DNA of 64,000 bases, from assembly GCA_023515725.1 (NCBI GenBank), contig JALDTO010000162.1:348476-412475 (forward strand), in the 5' to 3' direction. This document shows, one piece after another, positions 12,739 through 28,452 of the stretch. Source of the DNA: Amoeboaphelidium protococcarum X5 (taxonomy: Eukaryota; Fungi; Aphelidiomycota). The notes under the pieces were generated by a model. That model had not been told where the DNA came from. It searched no databases and was given only the letters and a program-made list of their open reading frames with translations. The position numbers and the translations under genes are program-made. Numbering within the stretch: the first letter of the stretch is position 1; the number at the start of each line of letters is the position of its first letter.

Positions 12739-12826
12739 GTTTCACAAAATTGTGCGACTGAAACGAGGCTGAAACAGTGATTCGACTGAAATGGCAACTG
12801 GTCAATCAGCGACGGCCGATGAAACG
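12739..12826. promoter_or_regulatory. Cluster of TGAAAC motifs upstream of the ABCC gene
   Basis: TGAAAC at 12759, 12770, 12820 (+) and 12739-12744 (-), plus TGAAAT at 12787. Confidence 0.4.
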
Positions 12827-12964
12827 AAATCGATCAGTTTTGTTGCCAATTTGGGAAATCCATCTCTCATTCCTCTTCCATCACAGTGAACTAATTTTTA
12901 CTATTATCGACGATTACAAGCATCTCATAACGCAAATAATCTCTCAAGCTTATTGTGCAATTCA

Positions 12965-17242
<4,278 letters not shown>

Positions 17243-17349
17243 TTATGGTTGAAATGTTCTGAAGAATATGGTTGTACAAAGACAATGAGTGTTTCAATTT
17301 AAAAAAAAAGAGTATGAAATTCATTTAAATCCCATTTTATTATTTTAAT

Positions 17350-18748
17350 TCATATAACTTTCACCTCCTTACCCACTTGTATAAAGCTCTCAATAGAGGC
17401 ATCAATATCATCTTTAGTGTGAGATGCACTGAGCTAGACGCGTATCCTAGCCTTACCTTTAGGCACAACAGGATATGAGAATGGAATTACATAGATGCCA
17501 TGATTAGACAGCAATTTGTCAGCCATCTGGACCGTCTTTTGAGCATCATAAATCATCACCGGGCAGATGGGATGCAACTGAACATCTGAACCGCCCAACT
17601 GAAATCCAGCCTTCTTCAAAGAGTCTCTAAAGTGCTTCACTTGAGACATTAACTTTTAACGCAACTCTGCACCTTCATGACCAGTTACAACATCTAGAGC
17701 ACCCAATGCACTTCCTACGACAGCCGGAGCGAGAGAATTAGAAAACAGATACGGCCTAGCCTTCTATCTTAAAATGTCAACAACCTCCGGTAAAGATGAA
17801 GTGGTATATCCACCCATCGCACCACCCAGTGCCTTTCCAAGAGTACTATTAATGATGTGCACATCCGCATCCTCACCACCGCCAGTCTTCAAATTGAAAT
17901 ATTCTGCCGTACCGCGACCATTCTAACCATAGAAGCCTGTGGCATGACATTCATCAATAAATACCAAGGCTTTATACTTCTTGGCCAGTTGAACAATTTC
18001 AGGCAGAGGAGCAACGGTGCCGTCCATTGAGAATACTCCATCCGTGGCAATCAGCTTGACTCTACTACCATCCTGAGTGGCCTGCTGTAACTATCTCTCC
18101 AGATCCTGTACATCTCTATTCTTATAGCGATACCTTTTCGCTTTACACAAGCGTATGCCATCAATAATACTGGCATGGTTCAGCTCATCAGATAGTACCG
18201 CGTCATCAGAAGTCAGTATAGCTTCAAACAGGCCAGCATTCGCATCAAAGCAAGACGGGTATAGAATAGTGTCGCTAGTCCCATGGAATTAAGTCAGCTT
18301 CTACTCTAACTACTTATGAATAGTCTAAGTACCACATATGAATCTACACTTAGATAATGCATAAGAAGTCTAGATTCAGAGAGCTTTAACGTACCTCACT
18401 GATGACAGTCCTGCACCAAATTCATCCAAAGCCTGACGAGATTTTTCAATAACATGTCGATGATTACTCAGACCCACTACACACATAATAGAGCATTACG
18501 ATAACATATGCTCTTTATCATGTAAAATAATCCGAATAGTAAATATAAGTCTTACAGTAGTTGTTAGCGCACATGTTCAGAACGCGGCGTCCATCAACGT
18601 TAAAGTGAACATCACTTGAGGCATTGGACTATTGTTGAGCAAGTCTGACTCTGGCAGATTAAGGACTGGCAATAATTCTTTCACTCTTGTACAGCCCATC
18701 ACTCCTTAATTATTGCAATTACTTTCCCAAAATTTACTTTAAACTCAT
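17350..18748 (-). CDS. GCAT: 2-amino-3-ketobutyrate CoA ligase (glycine C-acetyltransferase), two introns
   Basis: [89 protein letters not shown]. Confidence 0.92.
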
Positions 18749-18882
18749 ATTATTGTCGTGATTTAACTACTGCAGTCTCAGCGATAATCGTTTATAAGAG
18801 CAACTACTGTAAAGAAGATTGGCGTGAGAAGATAAAAACAACTTTAATCAATTCTTTAACAATAAATGAGAAGAATATTCAT

Positions 18883-20238
18883 TCACCATTCCTATGATTT
18901 AGATTAAGTGTCAGTGAGTGAAGGTGCACCTTAAGAGCGTGATGCATTATCATCAATTTCAGGAGGAAGATGCACCTGCTCAATACACAGCTTTCGGCGA
19001 CGACACTTGAACAGGAACGTGTCATCTTTAGTCTTTGATGAATTGAGAGCACTGCTACTACCACTTCCAGCCAACTATCTACTGCTTCTCTTGGCCACCA
19101 GGTAGCTATTAGGCTCAGTAAGAGAGTTCAATTTAAACAACTTGCACAACCGAATCTGCCCATGGTACTCTTTTGCGAAATAGGATTAGTCTTCACCGCC
19201 ATACGCTGTTACATTGATAACACCATCCACCATATAATTGACGCGGTATAATAGAGATTATGTCCATTGTAAAGCATTAGATGAAAGAGTAATCATACAG
19301 ACTGCCGGATACTATCGAATTAAGGCTCTAAGTGATAGGAGAAATTGACAAAGACGCGTCAACTCCAAATCTTCACCAAATAATGGACTACCAAGACTAT
19401 TTAGTGCCAATCTGATAACTCTCTGCTCATTGATTAGATTTTAATCTTTATCCCTGTACATTGTCAAAAGATGCTATTCAATCTACTGAAATAATACATG
19501 ATATGGATCCTCATTTCTGCTTTGGCTACTAAACGGATCCAAGATTTATATCCTGTTGATATCCCCCACGTCATTCACAGTTGCCTTTTTAGAGAGATCA
19601 AACACTGCACAGTATTATGGCTGAGATGTGGCACTTTTAGCTTTTGGGCTATTGATCGAAATAGAATTGGCACCTGATCTTGCACCAATAGTCAAAGTCT
19701 TACCATTACCGGTGGTAGATGATCGCCCAATCTTGGTAAACGCTGATACTCTCGGACTGGACCCTTTCTGATGCTAATACTACTACTACTAATCATCACT
19801 ATCACTATTGATTTTGCATAGATTCTCATATCTCCAAGCTATTTTCATTTTACTGGGCACATTCTCTTTGCCACTTTGCTTCTATTACTATGAAGACAAT
19901 GACGCGACACTTTGAGAGGTACCACTATCCGATGAGTATATACCATAACACTCGGACACGACTTTATTACGCTAATCATCAGCACTGAGACAGCAATAAG
20001 AAGCATTAAATACCATCGCCTCATGATTATGCCCAACCAGTCCTTGCGATAGAAAATATCTCACCAGACAATGTGCAAATTGAGCATTATGAGTCTCATC
20101 TTCATGCACAGCAATCACACTGCCGACAGGTAGACCGCCTCCAAGCAGAGAATCCAAATCAGATATGCCGGTAGATGTCAGCAATAATTGATTAACAGGT
20201 GATAACTTTGTTCCACTAGGCAACTATGACCCGCTCAT
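18883..20238 (-). CDS. ELP4: Elongator complex subunit 4
   Basis: STGISDLDSLLGGGLPVGS, YFLSQGL, MKIAWRYENL, FKCRRRKLCIEQVHLPPE. Confidence 0.88.
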
Positions 20239-20422
20239 TACTTCTTAATTCAACTCTCTATAATCAATTGTAAGTAAATCTGAGTGATCAAAGGGAGAGA
20301 AGAATGAAAAGTCGAAAACGCTCCTTTTTATACAAGCGTTAAAAATTAGATGGCTACATTCAATTAAAATATATTATACACGTTTTCAAAATATAAGAAT
20401 ACGCTCTCCTTAATGTTAAAAT

Positions 20423-21256
20423 TCATTACTAAGCATAGTCAATAAAGTTGCCCGCTTAGTCCAATTACGCGTAATAAAGATCGTGATGCCTTTCAATTTG
20501 ATCCGCCGCCTTGTCGCCACTAACCATTATATGCCAGCCATGAGTTGCGACATTGAAATCACTGATTCAAATTAACTTCTCTTTCAAATTACTATCAACC
20601 GTGATTTGAAGAAAAAAGTCTTTGCAGTCAACAGTACAAAATTAGTTACCTACCAGTTCGATATATAATAATTTACTCATATTGACCAAGTTGATTATTT
20701 CATCGCGTACTTTTTACTGATAAGTACCGACACCATGAATCTAATTACGTCTTAGTTGCAGTATAAAACGATCACTAAAATACGCGCGTTACTTCTCTAT
20801 CGTCTCTCTAACTCTATTGATCTTGACATCGCAGGACAATAGCATATTGCACGACAAATCCATTTGTTTAATTAGTTCACCTTCAGAAACCATTGTCTTG
20901 ATCAATTCACCCAAATCATTCCAGGGGGGTTTCCCTAAACTTGAATAAGCAGAGGAACATAGAGCACCATTAGAAAGGCGGAGTACACCGTTTCTGAAAT
21001 ACTTTTGCGTAGTGAAACCCGAACCATTAGCTATAGATTATTCATCCTTCATAGACATAACCTTTGAGCGTAAAACTTGCTTTACAAATACTGACATTAC
21101 AACTTTATCTCCAGGGGCAGCCATATCAACTAATTAATTGACGAGTTCTTCATCTTCCAGTACAGATTCTAGATCCAGATCACCAAAATACACCAAGATT
21201 GGTTAAAATTTCCTCTACTGCTCAGAGTCAAGCTACAACTTATCAAAAAATGTCAT
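20423..21256 (-). pseudogene. LRR-like hypothetical protein with an internal TGA at 20567-20569
   Basis: ORF from ATG 21256 with MDLSCNML, LQLRRNQI, IELVGNQF..DCKDFF, then KLI-TGA-ISD...GW...HHDLYY continuing to TGA at 20423. Confidence 0.55.
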
Positions 21257-21500
21257 TTATAATAGCGATATAACGAGACATCAAGCAATTGAGTCTAATC
21301 AGATGTTATCCAAATCTCTATAAAAGTTTAAGCAAAATTTATAGAGAGCGACTTTTAAACAGCGTGTCAAGTCGTCGTCGTTGTTCTCAGTCAGCAGACT
21401 TTTAACGAGAACACGCTGAAATTTTCCGTTTTATTCAGTTGACGAGAGATTCATTTCTGCCGTGGAATTTGATAGCTGCTATAGTTCATCTTTAATAGCT

Positions 21501-22175
21501 ATGATTCCAAACTCTTTAATGATGGCTGCTCGTGGCAGTTCGATTGTAAGTATATTTAGTGAGAATAAGAAAACCATCAGATATTGAGTTGAGTGTAGCT
21601 GGTTGAATTGAAGAATGGAGAGACGTATAATGGAACTCTAGACTCTACCGACTCGTGGATGAATGTAATATTAAAAGACGCCATTTGCACTTCAGCAGTA
21701 ACAATAATATTTTACTTACTTTTGAGTATGAATTAATACGCAATAATCATGCGTGAGAGTCTGTGTGAGTAGGATGGTGATCAATTTTGGAAGTTGGATG
21801 AGATTATAATCAGAGGAACGTCTGTGAAATATATCCGTGTTGGAGACGAGGTAAGGTTGTAGTGTTGTTTGCAGAAACAGTGATGAATAATCAATTACTA
21901 TAACGCTCTTTCGCTCATTAAACTGACGCGGCAACTTGTTTGGGTGAAATGTTTGTTCGTGTTATCCGAGTTGGTTGTGCGTGTGTGTTTAGAGTTGAGT
22001 AATGCGAGCGAGTGCTGTATGGTGTTACGTGTAGATTGTTGATAAGGCGAGAGATTTTTAGAAACGCGTTCAAGCTGGTAATTTTGTTAGAGGACGGGGA
22101 CGTGGTGGACGTGGCTAGTCAACAACTGGATAGAGGCGAGGTGGCAGAGGCGCACATAACAGTAATAATTAATGA
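21501..22175 (+). CDS. LSM4: U6 snRNA-associated Sm-like protein LSm4, three introns
   Basis: [60 protein letters not shown]/ followed by an RGG tail. Introns about 21546-21598, 21698-21772, 21851-22034. Confidence 0.93.
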
Positions 22176-22569
22176 ATATAGCTTCATTTTGCCTTTACTT
22201 GTCGTTTCTATCCATGAAAATTTTATCTAGGTGTTGTCAGAGCACGCTTTGAAATAACACCGTAAGCTGCCATGATGCCAATTAGAACTTGTACTGACTC
22301 ACTTTTTTATTTCGACAACACCTTTATTTATTGTTACATTGAGATAAGCAAGTTGATTATTCTGCCATTCGATAGAAGCATACATTCTTTACAGTATTTT
22401 TGAGTCGACGTAGATCACATCGTCTCGATCAGTGTCGATGGTTCTGTTTCTGTTTCTCCTCTCGCCATTGATCGCGTTTGACTCTTCCTCTTAGTTCATA
22501 AGCTGATATTCAAGTTGATCATCTACTTGTTGGATAATCAATACATACGTCCGTATATAATATCTCAGT

Positions 22570-24171
22570 ATGACTAGCGATAAGTTGCATTAGGTGTTTG
22601 ATACTATACTCATCCTGGATTTTGGATCGTAGTACTCTCATTTGATTACGCGAAGAGTGAGAGAGTTGGGTGTGTATTGTGAATTTGCTGCATGCACTTA
22701 GAAGGTGTCTGAATTGGATTTTAAGCCTGCTGGTATAATTCTGTCAGGTGGCCCGTACTCTGTCTATGATCCTGAGGCGCCGCATGTTGATCCTTCCATA
22801 TGGGAGTTGGGAGTTCCCATTCTTGGTATATGCTATGGTTTGTAGGAGATTGCGTGGCATTTGGGCGGTAAAGTCGCAGCGTGTTAGCATCGCGAATATG
22901 GACACGCGACTGTTAATCTGGTGGTGGATCATTAATGTCCGCTATTAGATGGATTCACCGATAATGTGCTGAAGGTTTGGATGAGCCACGGGGATTAGTT
23001 GAGTGAACTGCCGGCTGGATTCCAGACTGTTGCACACACTTTGACATCTCCAATGACAGCAGTGTATTCGCAGCAGAAATAGATTTATGGCATTCAGTTT
23101 CACCCAGAGGTGACACATACTCCGCGAGGTGTTGATCTATTGCGCAATTTCGTCATTGGAGTGTGCAAAGTCAAAGCCGATTGGTCTATGGGCTCATTCA
23201 TTGATAAGGAGATTGAGAGGATCCGCGCCATCGTGGGCAATGAGGCTCAAGTCATCGGTGCTGTGAGTGGTGGTGTGGATTCTACTGTGGCTGCAGCACT
23301 GATGAAGCAGGCTATCGGTGATAGATTTCATGCCATCCTGGTGGATAATGGATTGATGCGATTGAATGAGGCGCAGTTGGTGAAATCACTCCTTGGTGAT
23401 AAGTTGGGCATTAATTTGAATGTAGTGAATGCTAGTAGTCGGTTCCTGGGGCTACTAAAAGGGGTCACTGATCCAGAGTAGAAGCGAAAGATTATTGGCA
23501 ATACTTTTATTCATGTCTTTGAAGAGGAGGCTGAGAGATTAACCAAGGAGGCATCGCTCGCCACGGAAAAGGGCGGATAGTATGAGTATCTACTACAGGG
23601 AACGCTGTATCCTGATGTGATTGAGTCTATATCTTTCAAAGGGCCAAGTGCAACCATCAAGACGCATCACAATGTTGGCGGTCTGCTGGCTGATATGAAG
23701 TTGAAGCTGATCGAGCCGTTGAGGGAGTTGTTCAAGGATGAGGTTCGCCAGTTGGGTCAAGTTCTGGGCATTGACAAGGATCTGGTGTGGAGACATCCGT
23801 TCCCTGGACCAGCTCTGGCCATCCGAATTCTGGGTGAAGTTAATGAGTAGTAGTTGGAAATTTTGCGCCAGGTCGATGATATCTACATCACAGAGTTGAA
23901 GTCGGCTGGCCTTTATCAGAAGATTGCTCAAGCATTTGCCGTACTCCTGCCTGTCAAAAGTGTCGGTGTGATGGGCGACTCACGTACTTATGAGCAAGTG
24001 GTTGCCCTGCGTGCTGTGGAAAGCGTAGACTTTATGACTGCCGACTGGTTCGAGATGCCGTACGACTTTCTAAAGCGCGTCTCTGGTCGCATAATCAATG
24101 AAGTGAAGGGAGTGAACCGTGTCGTCTACGATGTCAGCAGCAAGCCTCCAGCAACCATTGAATGGGAATGA
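22570..24171 (+). CDS. GUA1: GMP synthase (glutamine-hydrolysing)
   Basis: ILDFGSQYSHLI (Gln=TAG), [66 protein letters not shown]. Confidence 0.97.
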
Positions 24172-24341
24172 TTAGCTTTAATTAAATCTTTCATAATTTC
24201 TGTAAATTCTAGAATTTTAATGTTTGGTTCTTGCGTAGTTGGACGCCGTAGATATCTACAGTATTCTCCTTTTCCGGCTCTTTTCCTGATTAGTCGCCCA
24301 CTCTTTCAGTCGTCAAATATTCACCACCTATTTTAGATAAG

Positions 24342-25298
24342 ATGGAAAAGATTTTGGAAAAGGTGAACGTTTTGTTTGATGAGGGAAATTATTATGAAGC
24401 TCACTAGCAGTATAGAACTGTGTATAATAGATTGAAGCGGTAGAAGAAGTGGTAGGATGCGCTACAACTGACCAGTGATGGAGCGATACGTTTACTGGAT
24501 GTCGGTCAGATTGGTAGTGGAGCTGACTTGGCCGACCTGTACGTGAAAACACTTAACGATGCCAAAGTGAAAGTGTGTGCTTTGTATATTGATACCGCGG
24601 CATCGATTATGGATGCTTACACCAAGTGCTTGAGATTGAGCAGTAAGTAGAGTGATAGTGACAAGTTGGGATGCGATGAGTTTATGCGCTAGATGATCAA
24701 GTGGAGTGCCAGCTAGAACGACGTCCTTATTAATGGAGATGCTTTACTATATCACTTGTATGGTGAGATGCTATATAATGAATAAGAATATTAAAGAGCG
24801 ATCCAGTAGTTGGTTTACGGAAATGAATAAAGCTGTGCTCTGTTGGCCAAGATTGCGTCAAATGCCTCAGATTAGTATTCCACCGCTCTATAGATACTCC
24901 TGACTATGCTCTCTAATGGCAATTAATTGATGGCAGAATTATACTGGAAGTAACTGACAATAACCGCCGATATTTCCAAGAATGCGAAAGTTATTCAAGA
25001 TAAAGGATTGTCGGTGAATGTATATGGCGATGCTGATTTCTGTCTCAACTACGGAGAAATGCTCTTAATTGCGATAAAGTACAATGTTGTTAACATATTT
25101 AAGCTGTTGGATGTAAAGTACCCGTAAGTTGAAGGCGTAATTAAGGATTACAAGCAGATAAAGAGTAAGATTGGATAGCTGTACTTTGGTATCACTCCTG
25201 CTCCAACCGGTCCATAATAAGGAGGATTGAACATTGGCGCTTTATTGAATTCGCTCATGCAATAGCCACCATAATAGCAGTAACAACTGCGTCAATGA
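24342..25298 (+). CDS. GET4: GET4 (guided entry of tail-anchored proteins) homolog
   Basis: EGNYYEAHQQYRTVYNR, GQIGSGADLA, IKWS, KIGQLYFGI; Gln-rich tail of mixed TAA/TAG/CAA/CAG. Confidence 0.85.
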
Positions 25299-25537
25299 CT
25301 TTATGGTATATAAAAATTCAGTCTATCCTAATTACTACGTTTTTGCACCATTCGGCTTGAGTAAGGTTGTCCAAATTGGCGTATCTAGCGGTATGTAGGG
25401 GAACGCACAACGTACGCAAAAACTTTGAGATTGAACACTTTAACTAGCAAAATCCTTAGCTATTTTTAAATACTTGTTCGAAAATTATTTTTTAAGTGGG
25501 TGTGCGTACTTTAAATTGAAAGCTAGTTACGCAAGTG

Positions 25538-25862
25538 CTGTGCGAGGAAAGGACTGCGGTTTTGTCCCAACACTTTATGTATTGAGTGTTCGGTTGCTAA
25601 ATATGGTCCAACTAATATGAAACTTTGAGTATCCAAATAGATTTGAATGTTTATATAGAACTAGTCTAGATGTGCTCTTAATCAACTGTTTCATACACTC
25701 AACTGAAAGTGGGACAAATGTCCCACATCGCGTTTGGCCAACTGGGACAAATGTCCCACATTTTTGAGTGGAACTTTTTACACTCAGAATATTGTTCAAC
25801 AATAATAATTCTTTAAGCAGGCTATTGTAATATATGTGATTTAACAGAATTGGTCAACAAGT
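25538..25862. repeat. Direct repeat copy A with paired TGGGACA-AA-TGTCCCA palindromes
   Basis: About 230 bp nearly identical to 32927-33156, with weaker similarity to about 25862. Confidence 0.9.
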
Positions 25863-27286
25863 GATTTTAATCTGCTGTACAATTTCTAAGTAAGAATGGA
25901 AGGTTGATCCTCTCTGCTTCAATCTCAATCTGATTCAAAAAGGAAATAGTTCAAGTGTTGTTTTCAAAGATATATCTTAAAGTATCCTCATTATTACGTT
26001 AATCCTCAGTTATTCAACAAGTGCTACTGTTCAGGCTCAACGAATCTTCTTCAACGTTGCTAAGTAGAAGAGAAGAGTTGGTGTCACCATCTGACGATTC
26101 CAGCGTCGTTGGATGATCAGTATGCACAGCTTAATGCTCATTACAGAACGCCTGATTACACTACATGCATTCAGCAATTTTCTCACCATTACACTGATGG
26201 CATCTGGATAAATTCTCAATGAAGATAGGCTTAGGAGCAACGACAGTAGGTAATGCTTCTTTCAAATGGTCCATTTAGAAACAAGAGGCATGATTACGTT
26301 TTGCAACAGCTATCACATTGCTAGCGTAGGAGACGCGGTTGAATTCTGCGTCCATGCACATGGTGAGCGCCCGTTAGTATAACGAACTCTCCAAGAGTTC
26401 AGCTGTTACCAAATTACCAGGCTTAACCGCTACAGCACGATTAAACTACTCCTCGGTAGAGTTAGGTAATTCCGAAAGAGCATGAAGCACTGCGATTGCT
26501 AGAAATGCACGTTGCGGATCTTCGGCATAGCAGAAAGTAGACCACTTTGGTAGCTTGGCATATATATTTTAAGCGTTCTTTGAGTAACAGGACGCCATCC
26601 AATTGACTACGTAGCATTATCCAAACCAACCTTGACGGAATCTGGCCACCTCAGTGTAGCCCTCTTCAGACGCAACTAAGTTCTCCAATACGCGGCAGTC
26701 GGCTTCAAGCTGCGGCAAGTTCCACGCGCCAGTTGCCTTGTATAGCCTTGAGACCAGATCGGCTGCCACCTCCGGTGCATACATAGTCAGGAATACACAG
26801 CACAACAAGCCAATTTCTTGCTAGTAATGAGGTAGGCATAGTGCTCTCAATACAGATGCGACAACCCCTTGAACGAGTTACCAACTTTCACTCGTCAAAC
26901 CTCCCAGCAATCTATTTACGTCTTTCCACAATAACTCATCCCAAGAACCGATGAACTAAGGTGATGCGATTGCTGACTTGAGCTCACTTCTTGTAAGCAC
27001 GGGAGGTAGCTGACTCAGCACCATTTCTATCTCCCATATGGCGTCTGGCAGATTGGAGGCGTCCGGCAAGTATACCGCAATGTTGGCACTGACTGTCATC
27101 ACTGATTAATATAAATTTACCATTTGACCATGCTTTGGCTACAGTGCATTTCCACCACTGGATACCATCTACCCAGTATAGCTTACATTCTCTTGCAGTT
27201 TTGGCCTTACATGATCACTTTGCCCATCATTGGAAGTTGGGAGCGCGTCATTAGATGGCAGCTTTTCAGCACTTCCCAGTTATGCA

Positions 27287-27440
27287 TGTGAAGGTTGGTG
27301 TTCCAGAGCTTCGGTTGTCGGTTCAGGGGTCACTGATCCGAGTGGCTTAGGTTGAAGTGTGAAAAATATTTTCATCTCAATTGAGAATAAAGTCAGTATT
27401 ATCGAAAGATATAATTTACCTTTTTGGTTTCATCTTAACA
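27287..27440 (+). repeat. 5' LTR
   Basis: TGTGAAGG...CTTAACA, identical to 31992-32145. Confidence 0.97.
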
Positions 27441-27453
27441 TTTATTCTCACCA

Positions 27454-28452
27454 ATGGTAATGTCTGATACGGATACTATGCGCGTATTGTTCAATGGCTC
27501 CAATTTCCGCTCTTGGTTGCGGTACGTTATGATGCTACTGCGTAAAGAAGAGTGTGATGCAGCAGTGGAGAGGGAATTCTACAAGAAAATTTAGAATTTA
27601 CCATCACTGTCTCATCTGTATCTTAAAGAGTTAGAACTCGCCGAAGTGAAGTAAAAACGCCAATCTCGTGTGGCTAAGCTGCAGAATTAACTCCTGATCA
27701 TGAACAGTAAAGCCGTTGGGATTATCCAATCAACTGTGAAGGAGGATCTGAAGATCCACATCTCTAGTTAGAAGTTTGCTTATAAATGTATCAAAGTCAT
27801 CAAAAATCTGTTTAATCAAAAGTCAATTGAGAACATTAACTTACTCAACGCTAAAATTAACAATCTGCAGTTTGATACGGTTAGTGCTATAACATTTGTT
27901 CTCAAGATGGAGGATCTGCAGAGAGATCTGAGAGAGTGCGGCGACAAGAGTATAACCTCAGAATCTTTGGCTCTGAAGTGTTTAAACAAGCTGCCAAAGT
28001 AGAGATATGGCGAGTTAGTGAAATCCGTGAGGACTTATTATGCCTTAAATACGAAGAAGAGACTGACCTGTAAGAGATTGAAGAAGCTGTTAACGAATTT
28101 TGAGGTGAGCGAACAACAGGACAAGGAGTCAAGTGAGAGAGGTGAAGAAGCTGTTGCGACTTAATCGGTCGAAGTAGTTAATTCTGTACCTCATTCAGTT
28201 CAAAGTGACTTGGTCGCGATGTTCAGCAAAGGATTGGGTGAACTAACTGGCAGTATCAAAGCATTAATGACGCGTGATGGAAAGTCAGGTGAAAAGAGAT
28301 CTCGCAAGGATAATGAGGTGTTCTGCTCTAACTGTAAGAGATATGGCAATCATGTAGAAGATGAGTGCTGGAATTTAGAGAAGAACAAAGCGAGGCGCCC
28401 ATCCTGGTTTGACAGTATCCGCGGTAGAGATAAACGCGTCAAGCAAGAATGA
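27454..28452 (+). CDS. gag: Copia gag
   Basis: FNGSNFRSW N-terminal motif, zinc knuckle CSNCKRYGNHVEDEC, ends GAA TGA. Confidence 0.88.

Noticed and set aside
25709-25760. CRISPR-like palindromic repeats
   Set aside because: Only two units per copy with the same spacer, no cas genes, eukaryotic context.
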